Positions 27,777-37,645 of a stretch of DNA of 64,000 nt are shown piece by piece. The notes under the pieces were generated by a model. It did no database searches and had not been told where the DNA came from. It saw only the letters and a list, made by a program, of their open reading frames with translations. The stretch is from an uncultured Methanosarcinales archaeon (lineage in GTDB: Archaea > Nanobdellota > Nanobdellia > Woesearchaeales > JAGLXL01): NCBI GenBank assembly GCA_964384425.1, contig CAYLKE010000002.1, positions 10,365-74,364 of the forward strand, read 5' to 3'. The translations under genes and the position numbers were made by a program. Positions within the stretch are counted from its first letter, which is position 1. Each line of letters begins with the position of its first letter.

Positions 27777-29786
27777 CTACATATGTGATCCATCAATTGC
27801 ACTTAAAAACAAAACCTTATCTCCTTTATCAGATGAATATGTTATTTCATAAGCTGGATAATACACTATTTCTGAAGATATAAATTTCACATTAAACCAT
27901 GTCTTAATGAATATTTTTATATCACTTAATTTTATTTTATGTTTTATAATATCTCCTTCAACATCATCATTCTTAAGTTTATAATTTGTTGAGATTACTC
28001 TATTAATATTGCTGTCAAAAGATATATCTAATTCTGTGTCCCATTGATATGCATTGCTTTTCTTTCCACTATAAGATACAAGATTATTTTTCATAAGTTT
28101 GTTCAAGGTCTTGTTTACAAAATTAGATGTAAGTTTAAGTTTTTCAGATATTAATTTAGATGTTATTTTTTTATTGAATATGACTTGTTTAAGTATTATT
28201 ATTTCATTTTCATTAAGTCCTAGTATTTGTTTAAGACCTTGATAAATCTTGTATTTGTTATCTGCAAATAATGTAAATTCTCCATCTACTCCATCAACAA
28301 AAATATCATAATCTTCATAATATTTTTTTCCAAAAAATGTTTTCTTTTCTTTTCTTACTTTTATTTTGTAAAATGGTTTAAGTAATAAATCAACAGATAT
28401 TACTTTATCTGTATCTTTTCCAAAAAATAAAAATTGTTTTTTATGATTTTTATCAATAAGTTTATCTAAAAGATCATCTTTGATAACAATAGGAAAATGT
28501 TTTAATGTGTGTTTGTTTTTTGTTTTTGATAATGAATGTTTTTTTCTTATGTTTTTTGATTTTCTTTTTAATTCATATTTTTTAGTGTAATCTTTCATGA
28601 TATCTTTTATCTGATCCCCTGTAAGTGTTTCATGTTTTGTATACAACCACCTGCATTTTATTTCACTAATATCATCATAAATGTCTGGTGAGAAGAATAA
28701 GAATTCTCCTGGTTTAAGTTTTGGCATCTTTGTTATTAAATCATCAATCTTATCTCCAGCTAATGATTTCATTGCTTGTTTTATTTTTTGTCTATCCTGA
28801 TTTGTTGTTAATCTTCCAATAGCCCAAGTACTAAATTGTGAAAATGCTTTATAATCTATATCTCCTGGATTCTGAGTAGATACCATACACCCAACACCAT
28901 ATTTTCTTGCCTGTTTGTAGATGAGCTTTAGAATATCTTTTGTGATTGGTTTTACAGCACCCGCTGGAATATAATCTGCAATTTCATCAATATAAAAAAG
29001 CATCTGTAATGCTTTTGAAGGGTTTTTAAGCATCCATTGATATAACTGAAGAGCAAGCATTGAAAGAAAGAATTCTTTATCTCTTTTTGTTGAAAGACTA
29101 TTAAGATATATGATAGAAATTTGAGGTGATTTTTTTCCTATTAATTCATCTATGTCTAAATGTTGTCCAAAATTAAACATAAGTTCTCTTTCTCCAAAAG
29201 TTAGATATTTTAACTTTTTTATCAGAGCTTTCAATTCATTCTTATTATCAAAAAATCCTTTTGAGTTTTCAACAAGATCTTCTGGAGGAGATGAAAGAGT
29301 ATCAATTAAGTCATTAAAATTATCTATGCTGATATTGTTGTCATAAAGATATATTAAAGTATAATATAGTACTGCCTGTGCATGTTTTCCCTGATCTTGG
29401 TCTAATTTATATCCAATTAAAGCTGTTATTGAATTTGAGATTTGATTTATTATACTAACTAAATCTTCATAATCAATTCCTTTTTTTGGAAGTTTTAATG
29501 GGTTAATACACAGAGGAATTCCTTTTGAACTAGTTGGAGTGTAGATTCTTACTTTTATCTTCTTGAATTTTTCTTTTTCAGGAAGAGCAAGTGATGCAAG
29601 ATCTCCTTGAGGATCAATTAGAATAGAAGGAATTTTGTTTAATATAGCTTCTTCAATAATTACCTTACTTAGAACTGTTTTTCCACTTCCACTACCTCCC
29701 AATGCAATAAAGTGTTTCTTTAATTGTTTTAATGGAAAGTTAAATTCTTTTTTATTATCTATATATTCACCTATTTTTGCTTTCAT
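27777..29786 (-). CDS. HerA/FtsK-superfamily P-loop NTPase (DUF87/DUF853-like) with C-terminal winged-HTH region
   Basis: It has Walker A GGSGSGKTV, IDPQGDL, Walker B YIDEIADY and RKYGVGCMVSTQNPGDID. The C-terminal part carries a MarR-like segment (ISEKLKLTSNFVNKTLNKLMKNNLV). Confidence 0.7.
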   Translation of the reverse strand: MKAKIGEYIDNKKEFNFPLKQLKKHFIALGGSGSGKTVLSKVIIEEAILNKIPSILIDPQGDLASLALPEKEKFKKIKVRIYTPTSSKGIPLCINPLKLPKKGIDYEDLVSIINQISNSITALIGYKLDQDQGKHAQAVLYYTLIYLYDNNISIDNFNDLIDTLSSPPEDLVENSKGFFDNKNELKALIKKLKYLTFGERELMFNFGQHLDIDELIGKKSPQISIIYLNSLSTKRDKEFFLSMLALQLYQWMLKNPSKALQMLFYIDEIADYIPAGAVKPITKDILKLIYKQARKYGVGCMVSTQNPGDIDYKAFSQFSTWAIGRLTTNQDRQKIKQAMKSLAGDKIDDLITKMPKLKPGEFLFFSPDIYDDISEIKCRWLYTKHETLTGDQIKDIMKDYTKKYELKRKSKNIRKKHSLSKTKNKHTLKHFPIVIKDDLLDKLIDKNHKKQFLFFGKDTDKVISVDLLLKPFYKIKVRKEKKTFFGKKYYEDYDIFVDGVDGEFTLFADNKYKIYQGLKQILGLNENEIIILKQVIFNKKITSKLISEKLKLTSNFVNKTLNKLMKNNLVSYSGKKSNAYQWDTELDISFDSNINRVISTNYKLKNDDVEGDIIKHKIKLSDIKIFIKTWFNVKFISSEIVYYPAYEITYSSDKGDKVLFLSAIDGSHM

Positions 29787-29914
29787 AAGTGTTTAGAATA
29801 ATATTATTGTTTATATAATTTTACTTCATTTATAAATAAAAACCCATGAATAGTATAAATACTACTTAATAGTGATTAAATAGAGAAAAGTTTATATATT
29901 TACCAAATATAGAG

Positions 29915-30913
29915 ATGCATATGAACAAAAAAACAACATTATCATTAATTGTAGCAGGTTTATTTAGTGTATTGCCTGCAAAAAATCAAAACATGTTATA
30001 TTCTAAAGAAAAACCAAAAATTGTTGCTAAAAAAGAAGAAAGTAAAAAAGGAAATCTAGAAAAAAAGATTGAAGTTCCTAAAAGTTTTAACAAAGAATCT
30101 ACAAAAGAAAATGTTATTGAAGCATATTCTGATTATCTAAAAAAATGGGAAGAATTACAACCTTATTTAATGTATGATTTAAACAAAGTAAAAAATTGGG
30201 GTGTTAAAGATAAGAAAAAAAGAAATTTATTAATAAAAAAAGATATGAATAAACTTAATTATATTTTCAATAAATTCCATAATATGTATGAAAAATGTGA
30301 TGAAAACATATCTCTTATAGATGTAATAAATCATTATAAAAACAAAAAAGATACCCCTTATATGATAAAAACAATAAGAGATGAATTTTTACGTACAATA
30401 AAATTCAAAGAAACAATGAATTCACAATATGGTAAAATATATAGAGAGAAATATTCAGAAAGGGACCTTTTGCAAAAAATAAAGATCTTAATTGCAAAAA
30501 AAAGAGACAAGCAAATAACTGTTAAAGACAAGTCAGGTAATGAATATAAGACAGATATTGAATTTAAGGAATATAAAGATATAATATTGGATAATGGTGC
30601 ATTTTTTTATCTTAAATCAAACACTACTAAAAAAGTAAAATCATTACTTCATCAAGAACTTTTTGGAAAAGATGATTGGGACTTTTATTATCCAAATCAC
30701 ACAGATTTCTTAAGAATGCATATGCCTTTAGTAGCTTACAATAAACAGAAAAAAGAATATGGATTGATTGCAGAAAAGTGTGCTACAGGCGATTTATATA
30801 AAAATAAATATTGTACTCCTAGAACACTTATCGCATTGGGTGCTAAAAAGAATATGAAAAATATAAAAGGAACAATTGTTCCTCATGATTATGATCTTGG
30901 AATAAAGAAATAA
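29915..30913 (+). CDS. Hypothetical secreted/membrane-anchored protein
   Basis: It has an N-terminal signal-like hydrophobic segment (KKTTLSLIVAGLFSVLPA). No recognisable domain was found. Confidence 0.5.
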   Translation: MHMNKKTTLSLIVAGLFSVLPAKNQNMLYSKEKPKIVAKKEESKKGNLEKKIEVPKSFNKESTKENVIEAYSDYLKKWEELQPYLMYDLNKVKNWGVKDKKKRNLLIKKDMNKLNYIFNKFHNMYEKCDENISLIDVINHYKNKKDTPYMIKTIRDEFLRTIKFKETMNSQYGKIYREKYSERDLLQKIKILIAKKRDKQITVKDKSGNEYKTDIEFKEYKDIILDNGAFFYLKSNTTKKVKSLLHQELFGKDDWDFYYPNHTDFLRMHMPLVAYNKQKKEYGLIAEKCATGDLYKNKYCTPRTLIALGAKKNMKNIKGTIVPHDYDLGIKK

Positions 30914-30923
30914 CTCAATTAGA

Positions 30924-31625
30924 TTATCTTGAAAAGTATCTCTTAAGCTTATGTCTTAATGTGTTTGGTGGATTTGATTTAATTAATCTACCATATTTAT
31001 CTAATAACTTAAATTTATTTTTCTTAGAGGAAAAAATAGAGGAAAAAAATAACATATGTTCATAAGTTTGTTCATTAGTTGTTTGGAATGTTGAGTTTTT
31101 TGAATCTTCTGCAAATTCGGGGAAAGCCAACGAAAATCCGCAATTAGGAGGAAGTTCTTTAAATGTCATATACTGGGGATTATATTTTCCAGGATTATCT
31201 CCCGTACAAAAGGGAAGTATTATTTTGCCTTCTAAATTTAAGATTAAGTAGTTTGAATAAGCTGCACAACACTCCCCTACGTCACCCACCATATTTAATC
31301 TCAAAGGATTCTCTTTTGAACCATTTAAATAACTTCCAAATGCATTAATTAAGACAGAAGTTCCTTTCGTATTTATTTTGAAATCATTATATCCTGCATT
31401 ATAAGACTTTTGGATAAGTTTTGAAAGATGTATGCCTTGATCAAAATCCAATAATGAAATTTGTTTTTCAGTTCCATGGCAAGGATACTTTTTTCCTTTA
31501 AGCAAAACATCTGAAATTAAATAACTCACCAAATCGTTTATTTGATCTGGATTTAATATATTTTTTTCTGATTTTTCATTCTCAGGTTTTCTACCCCAAT
31601 ATTTCCAATAAGTTTCATTTTCCAT
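30924..31625 (-). CDS. Hypothetical protein
   Basis: This is a long ORF with ordinary amino-acid composition. No confident family assignment was possible. Confidence 0.45.
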   Translation of the reverse strand: MENETYWKYWGRKPENEKSEKNILNPDQINDLVSYLISDVLLKGKKYPCHGTEKQISLLDFDQGIHLSKLIQKSYNAGYNDFKINTKGTSVLINAFGSYLNGSKENPLRLNMVGDVGECCAAYSNYLILNLEGKIILPFCTGDNPGKYNPQYMTFKELPPNCGFSLAFPEFAEDSKNSTFQTTNEQTYEHMLFFSSIFSSKKNKFKLLDKYGRLIKSNPPNTLRHKLKRYFSR

Positions 31626-31687
31626 TTTGCCTTCAATATAGCACTATAACAAATAAGAATATAAAATTTATTGTGTTCCAGAATAAA

Positions 31688-32398
31688 CTATTCCAGAATC
31701 TTTATAATACCTGGCATGATTTCAAAAATTTCTCCTTCTGCAATCATATTTTTTATCAACTTCTCAGCGTCTGGGACGGTTGATTGAGAAATAATATCGT
31801 CCATTGGAGCTCCATCTCCATTATCCAGTTTTCTTATAGTGTTTATTATATTTTCTATAGGAGCTTCAACATCATCTTTTTTTTCCTTATCTTCTTTAGA
31901 AATATCATTCTTTTTCTCTTCAATTGAATTAGGGGTTTCTTTATTTTTTGATTCTACTTCCTTCACACTTTCTGTATCAGAAACATCATACTTATATTTC
32001 TTATTCTCCTTTTTCTCTTTTTTCTTAACACCATAAATTTCAAGTTCTTTTTGCCTATATTTAACCCATTCAGAAGAATTTAGTTTTTTTATACCTCTTG
32101 GAATAATATATTTTTGATTATTAAAATATCCAAATGTTCCAAAAACACCTATACATGATCCAACAGATACACCATCAAGATTAGAATTATTGTAAATAAC
32201 TTCTATATTGCCTGTTCCATCTTCTATTGTTATTTTCTGAATACCTATATTTACAACAATACCAATTACATTAACCCTATAAACTTCTTCTTCATTTATG
32301 ATAAGTGCATCTGGTTCAGAGGATTCAGATTTTTTATATTCTGCATCATTCATCTGACTTATGCTTACTTTCACGTGTGAGTTTGCTTTGAAATCCAT
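31688..32398 (-). CDS. OB-fold plus C-terminal winged-helix protein, RPA32/Stn1-like
   Basis: It has an OB-like segment (VNVIGIVVNIGIQKITIEDGTGNIEV), an acidic/Lys-rich linker and a C-terminal wH-like segment (MDDIISQS...LIKNMIAEGEIFE). Its start codon overlaps the leuS stop as TAATG. Confidence 0.4.
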   Translation of the reverse strand: MDFKANSHVKVSISQMNDAEYKKSESSEPDALIINEEEVYRVNVIGIVVNIGIQKITIEDGTGNIEVIYNNSNLDGVSVGSCIGVFGTFGYFNNQKYIIPRGIKKLNSSEWVKYRQKELEIYGVKKKEKKENKKYKYDVSDTESVKEVESKNKETPNSIEEKKNDISKEDKEKKDDVEAPIENIINTIRKLDNGDGAPMDDIISQSTVPDAEKLIKNMIAEGEIFEIMPGIIKILE

Positions 32399-35097
32399 TA
32401 TAATAATTTTATTGCGACCTTTCCAGGTAGCGAATGTCGTGCCTTACTATCCATTGAAGTATCAGCATCATATACATGTACCTTACATCCAAATTCATCT
32501 TCAATAAGTTTTGAAAAAAAGTTAAGATTTTCCATTTCTTGTTTTTTTGTGAATATTTCTTTTGGAAGTAATGAAGTATCTTTCATCACTCTAGATATTA
32601 TTTTAATAACATCTTTTGAATTTTTCTTTATTTCATCATCTTTCATTGCATCTGCAATTATAATTTTATTGTCTCTTTTATCTATATGTTCCTTAATAAT
32701 ATTATAGAGTTTATATTTCCAATTTTCTGCAACATATAATTCAATACCATTGACTTTTTCTGTCTTAATCATCTTCATAATAGCTTTTACATCAGAACGA
32801 ATAGTAGATATTTTGTCATGAAGTTCATGTAGACCTAATTTAATACTATCTTTACTTGCACTTGGCCATTGCATTTCATAAATACATTTTTCATTTGAAT
32901 TATCTTCCATAGAATTCAATATCTCATTCATCTCCTCTGTAAGATGAGGAGCTACTGGATTAAGCAACACAATCAATTTTTTCAAAACATAATTAAATGT
33001 TTTTTTTGTTATTCCTAATTTTGATATTTCAATAAAATCATTTGTAAGTTTCATTATCTCACTTATTGCAAAATTAAATTTATAATTTTCATAATGTTTT
33101 GTTGCATTTATTATTGTTGAATTCAAACAAGATTTTAACAACATATCTCCATATCCTTCTTTATCAATTGATTTGTAATTCTTATCAATAAGATTTGCAA
33201 ATTTATGTAAAAACCTAAAAATTCCTTCTACTCCTTTATCATTCCAATCCATTTCTTTTTCAGGCTGAGACGCAAACAATATGAATGTTCTTGCTGTATC
33301 CGCCCCATATTTGTCAAGTATTTCTTGAGGATCAACTGTGTTTCCTAAGGATTTAGACATTTTTGCTCCATCTTTTAATACCATTCCTAATGTCAACAAT
33401 TTCTTAAAAGGTTCATCCAAATCCACTAATCCCATATCTCTCATTGCTTTTGTATAGAATCTTGAATACAATAAATGAAGAATTGCATGTTCAACTCCAC
33501 CCACATAATAATCAACTGGCATAAATTTATCTGCTTTTTCTTTTGAAAATATCCTTTCATCATTGTCTTTATCTAAATATCTTAAGAAATACCAACTACT
33601 ATCTACAAAAGTATCCATTGTGTCTGTTTCTCTACGAGCATCTGCCCCACACATTGGACATTTTACATTTACAAATGAAGAAGATGTTTCAAGTGGATTA
33701 CCTTTTCCATCAAATGTTGCATCATCAGGAAGTTCCACAGGTAATTGTTCTTCTGGAACAGTCTGAGGCCCACATTTATCACAATATATTATAGGGATAG
33801 GTGTTCCCCAAAATCTTTGACGAGATATCAACCAATCTCTTAATCTGAAAGTAGTCTCTTTCTTTCCCCAATTATTTTTTTCAAGATAATCTTGTATTTT
33901 AGGAATAGCATCTCTATTATTCATTCCATCAAATTGTCCACTATTTACAAGTTCTCCATCATCTGAATAAGCTTCCTTAAGCTCATTGTTAAGAACTTCT
34001 TTTTTCTCGTCTGCAATTACAACTTTTATAGGAAGATTGTATTTTTTTGCAAATTCAAAATCTCTTTGATCATGTGAAGGGACAGCCATTACTGCTCCTG
34101 TTCCATAATCTGCTATTACATAATCGCCAACCCATAAAGGAAACTTTTCATTATTAACAGGATTAATAGCATAACGACCCAAGAAAACTCCTTTTTTCTC
34201 TCTGCTTTCCATTTGTCTTTCCAAAGGTGTCACTTTTGCTGCTTCTTTTACAAATTCTTTAACTTCCTCTTCTTGAGGTGTTCCTTTTGCTAATTCTAAA
34301 ACATCATTTGATTCAGGAGCAAAAACAAGATAAGTTATACCATAAATAGTATCAACTCGGGTTGTGAATGTCTCAATTTCCTTATTCATTCCATCAATCT
34401 TAAACTTAATTATTGTCCCTTCAGATTTCCCTATCCAGTTTTTCTGCATAGTTCTAACCTTTTCAGGCCATTCTTCTAATTTATCAATATCTGCAAGTAA
34501 TTCTTCTTGATAATTTTTTATTTTATAATACCATTGATCCAAGGGCTTCTGAATTACATCTCCACTACATCTCCAACATTTTCCATCGATAACTTGTTCA
34601 TTTGCAAGAACAGTATTACATTTATCACACCAATTAATTAATCCTGCTTTTCTATATGCTAAACCTTTCTTAAACATCTGTATAAAAAACCATTGATTCC
34701 ATTTGTAATATTGAGAATAACAAGTTGGCATAAATGTGTCCCAATCATAACTAAAACCCATCATCTTTAATTGTTCTACCATTGACTTCATACATTTCTC
34801 AGTCCATTGTTTTGGATGAGTCCCATGCTTGATAGCTGCATTTTCTGCAGGCATACCTAATGCATCAAAACCAATTGGATAAAACACATTGAATCCATTC
34901 AAACGCTTAAATCTAGCAACAACATCTCCCAATGAATAATTTCTTACATGCCCCATATGTAATTTTCCACTAGGATAAGAAAACATTTCAAGAGTATAGA
35001 ATTTAGGTTTATCAGATTTCCAATCTGTCTTAAATGCCTTTTTCATAGCCCAATTATTTTGCCATTTTCTTCCTATTTCAGTTAAGTTTATATCCAT
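32398..35097 (-). CDS. leuS: Leucyl-tRNA synthetase
   Basis: It has HMGH ([14 protein letters not shown]) and KMSKSLGN class I signatures, a CWRCSG zinc module and a CP1 editing-domain segment (TTRVDTIYG). Confidence 0.95.
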   Translation of the reverse strand: MDINLTEIGRKWQNNWAMKKAFKTDWKSDKPKFYTLEMFSYPSGKLHMGHVRNYSLGDVVARFKRLNGFNVFYPIGFDALGMPAENAAIKHGTHPKQWTEKCMKSMVEQLKMMGFSYDWDTFMPTCYSQYYKWNQWFFIQMFKKGLAYRKAGLINWCDKCNTVLANEQVIDGKCWRCSGDVIQKPLDQWYYKIKNYQEELLADIDKLEEWPEKVRTMQKNWIGKSEGTIIKFKIDGMNKEIETFTTRVDTIYGITYLVFAPESNDVLELAKGTPQEEEVKEFVKEAAKVTPLERQMESREKKGVFLGRYAINPVNNEKFPLWVGDYVIADYGTGAVMAVPSHDQRDFEFAKKYNLPIKVVIADEKKEVLNNELKEAYSDDGELVNSGQFDGMNNRDAIPKIQDYLEKNNWGKKETTFRLRDWLISRQRFWGTPIPIIYCDKCGPQTVPEEQLPVELPDDATFDGKGNPLETSSSFVNVKCPMCGADARRETDTMDTFVDSSWYFLRYLDKDNDERIFSKEKADKFMPVDYYVGGVEHAILHLLYSRFYTKAMRDMGLVDLDEPFKKLLTLGMVLKDGAKMSKSLGNTVDPQEILDKYGADTARTFILFASQPEKEMDWNDKGVEGIFRFLHKFANLIDKNYKSIDKEGYGDMLLKSCLNSTIINATKHYENYKFNFAISEIMKLTNDFIEISKLGITKKTFNYVLKKLIVLLNPVAPHLTEEMNEILNSMEDNSNEKCIYEMQWPSASKDSIKLGLHELHDKISTIRSDVKAIMKMIKTEKVNGIELYVAENWKYKLYNIIKEHIDKRDNKIIIADAMKDDEIKKNSKDVIKIISRVMKDTSLLPKEIFTKKQEMENLNFFSKLIEDEFGCKVHVYDADTSMDSKARHSLPGKVAIKLL

Positions 35098-35261
35098 TAT
35101 AACACCTCAAGTATTGATTATTATTAAATTATTATAGAGTAGAGAACAAGTGTTTTTTATTATTTTCTATAATATAAGGATAAAATCACCAATAAAAGGC
35201 AAATAAAGTATAAAAAATTATTTTTTCACAGCATAATAAAGTAAATTATTTAAAAATAATT

Positions 35262-35756
35262 TTATTTATTTTTATCATAAGGTTCTTGATTGAAACTATT
35301 ATAGAATTTATCTTTGTCCATTAAATCCTTATTTTTTAAATCTTCTTTTACTTTTTTCTTTATTAAATCATTTATTTCATTACATAAATTTTCTGGAATA
35401 TCTCCACCATATAACATTTCATAAGATTTCATACCTGTTTTTTTAGGATTAAATTCAAATTTTTTTAATCCTGAAGATATTATTTTATCTCCTTCTTTAT
35501 CGTAAGTAAATAAACTAGAAAATATATCTTTGTCCCAATTTATTTTTACAAGAGGTTTATCATAATTCTTTCTCCTATAAAGAGTAACATTCATCCCATC
35601 ATTAGATTCATTTCCTATATTACCATAAATTCCAAAAACAGCATATTCTTCATCTGTTTCTAAATCAAATGCAGAGGGACCACTACTGATAAAACCATAA
35701 TCTATAGATTCATCAAAATCAATCTTCATCATTTCATAAAAATTAGTATATATCAT
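35262..35756 (-). CDS. Hypothetical protein
   Basis: The ORF has non-repetitive composition and no recognisable motif. Confidence 0.45.
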   Translation of the reverse strand: MIYTNFYEMMKIDFDESIDYGFISSGPSAFDLETDEEYAVFGIYGNIGNESNDGMNVTLYRRKNYDKPLVKINWDKDIFSSLFTYDKEGDKIISSGLKKFEFNPKKTGMKSYEMLYGGDIPENLCNEINDLIKKKVKEDLKNKDLMDKDKFYNSFNQEPYDKNK

Positions 35757-35794
35757 GTCATTTTTGAAATTTATTCTTTTTTCATTAACACATT

Positions 35795-36010
35795 CTACAC
35801 CTGAAAAATAGGTTCTATTGTAAATTCTTCACTAAATAAATTTTGCCAAACATAAAAATCAACTTGTATTAAATCATTCTCTAAAAGATCATAAGGATTA
35901 TGTTCAAGATGATTTTTAGTATTTATCAAAATCTCAAGATTTTCTTTAAATTCTTTAGAATCAATTATATTGCATAAATGTTTTTCAGTAACATTATATA
36001 TCTTTTTCAT
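35795..36010 (-). CDS. Hypothetical small protein
   Basis: This 71-aa ORF fills the gap between neighbouring same-strand genes. No motif was recognised. Confidence 0.3.
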   Translation of the reverse strand: MKKIYNVTEKHLCNIIDSKEFKENLEILINTKNHLEHNPYDLLENDLIQVDFYVWQNLFSEEFTIEPIFQV

Positions 36011-36040
36011 TTTAAATATAAAAGAAATATTAAAATAAAA

Positions 36041-36742
36041 TTATTTAGCTTTCTTTTCTGCAGGTGCTAATTTATTAATAATAGCGGTTGGTATTCCTGA
36101 ATCAACCATTTTAGAACGGATTTTGGAATTATCTTTTCCTTGCATTTCTTTAAGAATTGCTTGTCCTTGTTTTTCAAACATAGCTCTTTTCTTTTCCATC
36201 TCTGCTTTTAATTTACTTCTTTCTTCACCTAATTTTATTTTCTCTTCTTCTGTTAATTCAGTTTTTTCTTCAGCTATTTCTTTATCAAATTTACCTTCAT
36301 TAACTAATTTTATAGCTTCTCTTCCAGGAACACCTTCAACTAAGATTCCCATACTATCACATGTTCCCATAATTTCCTTACACTTATTTTTAAGATCTTT
36401 TCCAATAAGATCATCTTTTTTAGTTAATGCGATTTTAATAATTTGTTCAATAAGTAAATCTGCGACCTTCTCTGTAAGTGGATTTCCTGCTCCTGATTTT
36501 ACTTCTGCTTCTTTTTTTATTAAAGCACTTGCAGGTGGAGTCCCTACCTTAATATCATATGTTTTATCATCATTAATTATAACTTTAACAGGAACTTGCA
36601 TTCCTTTCATAGCAGCTGTTTTTTTATTAATATCAGAAACAACTTGTCCTATATTTACACCTGTAGGGCCTAATGCAGGTCCAAGTGGTGGAGCTGCTGT
36701 TGCTTTTCCACCTTCAATCAATACATCTACTGTTTGTGCCAT
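36041..36742 (-). CDS. rpl11: Ribosomal protein uL11 with about 70-aa Lys/Glu-rich C-terminal extension
   Basis: The N-terminal GGKATAAPPLGPALGPTGVNI is the uL11 signature. The conserved body ends near residue 160 and the ORF continues to 233 aa. Confidence 0.9.
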   Translation of the reverse strand: MAQTVDVLIEGGKATAAPPLGPALGPTGVNIGQVVSDINKKTAAMKGMQVPVKVIINDDKTYDIKVGTPPASALIKKEAEVKSGAGNPLTEKVADLLIEQIIKIALTKKDDLIGKDLKNKCKEIMGTCDSMGILVEGVPGREAIKLVNEGKFDKEIAEEKTELTEEEKIKLGEERSKLKAEMEKKRAMFEKQGQAILKEMQGKDNSKIRSKMVDSGIPTAIINKLAPAEKKAK

Positions 36743-36799
36743 TGTAAAGTAATGAGATTGTGTTTAATTTATAAAGGTTTTGGTAATCCATATAATATA

Positions 36800-37645
36800 T
36801 CAAATAAGTAAATCAAAAACAGATATTTGATATGTTGGATGAATTAAATGTAAATCATGTTTATTTGAATCATCCTTTTTTGCATAAGTTATAAGTTTTT
36901 TATAGGTATCTTTTAATGATGCATCACATTCTTTAGTATTATTACATAATAAATATTTATCTGCAAGTCTTTTGAAAACATTATCTGTTATCTTAAGCCA
37001 TTTTTCATCAAAGTTTTCTTTTTCTGCAATTTTTATTGCTTTTTTGTAATCATCACATCCTTCCAAAATATAAGAAACATCTTTTTGATCATTATATATT
37101 TCAAAATTGCATTCTCCTTTCATCCCTAATATCTCTTTTGAATGATTTCCTAAATCATAAGAAGTATCAAAAATATCAATTGCTTTTTTAAGTAAATATT
37201 TTTTTATTTTATCTCCACAATTACATAAATCATCAAGATTAAATTCACATAATTGTTTGATCTTATAACCTGTCATTGCTGTCCATTCTTTAGGTTTATA
37301 TTTTTCAGATTCATTTCCTAAAACAAAATCATATGAACGCATAAGAAGATATAATGAAGAAAGAACATGGTTTCTGCTTGTTTCATGATTTATTTTTCCA
37401 TAAACTTTCATAGCATTATTAGTCTTAAACAAGTCTTGTGTTATATGATTCCCAAAAGAATTGTAATTATCTAAGGTAGTAAGTTCGTCTGAATTTTCTT
37501 CAAGTAATGGGACATATCCTCTATTATGCAATATATCTATTACTTTTTTAGGAACATTTAATTTTAAACTATTCTTAATATAATTTGTTATCTTTTTTTC
37601 TATTCTTTCTTTTCTTAAATTATCTAATGTATTTTTTCTTTTCAT
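36800..37645 (-). CDS. Hypothetical protein
   Basis: This 281-aa ORF overlaps the upstream gene's stop by 4 nt. No motif was recognised. Confidence 0.5.
   Translation of the reverse strand: MKRKNTLDNLRKERIEKKITNYIKNSLKLNVPKKVIDILHNRGYVPLLEENSDELTTLDNYNSFGNHITQDLFKTNNAMKVYGKINHETSRNHVLSSLYLLMRSYDFVLGNESEKYKPKEWTAMTGYKIKQLCEFNLDDLCNCGDKIKKYLLKKAIDIFDTSYDLGNHSKEILGMKGECNFEIYNDQKDVSYILEGCDDYKKAIKIAEKENFDEKWLKITDNVFKRLADKYLLCNNTKECDASLKDTYKKLITYAKKDDSNKHDLHLIHPTYQISVFDLLI

Noticed and set aside
30924-31625. GXGXG-type (GltB C-terminal / formylmethanofuran dehydrogenase subunit C-like) beta-helix domain, suggested by NAFGSYLNG...NMVGDVGECCAAYSNYLILNLEGK
   Set aside because: Only one or two loosely matching repeats are present, which is too weak to assign without a profile search.
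36123-36752. 209-aa plus-strand ORF
   Set aside because: It lies entirely antisense to the well-supported uL11 gene. Its Ser/Phe/Ile-rich low-complexity translation is typical of a shadow ORF in AT-rich DNA.
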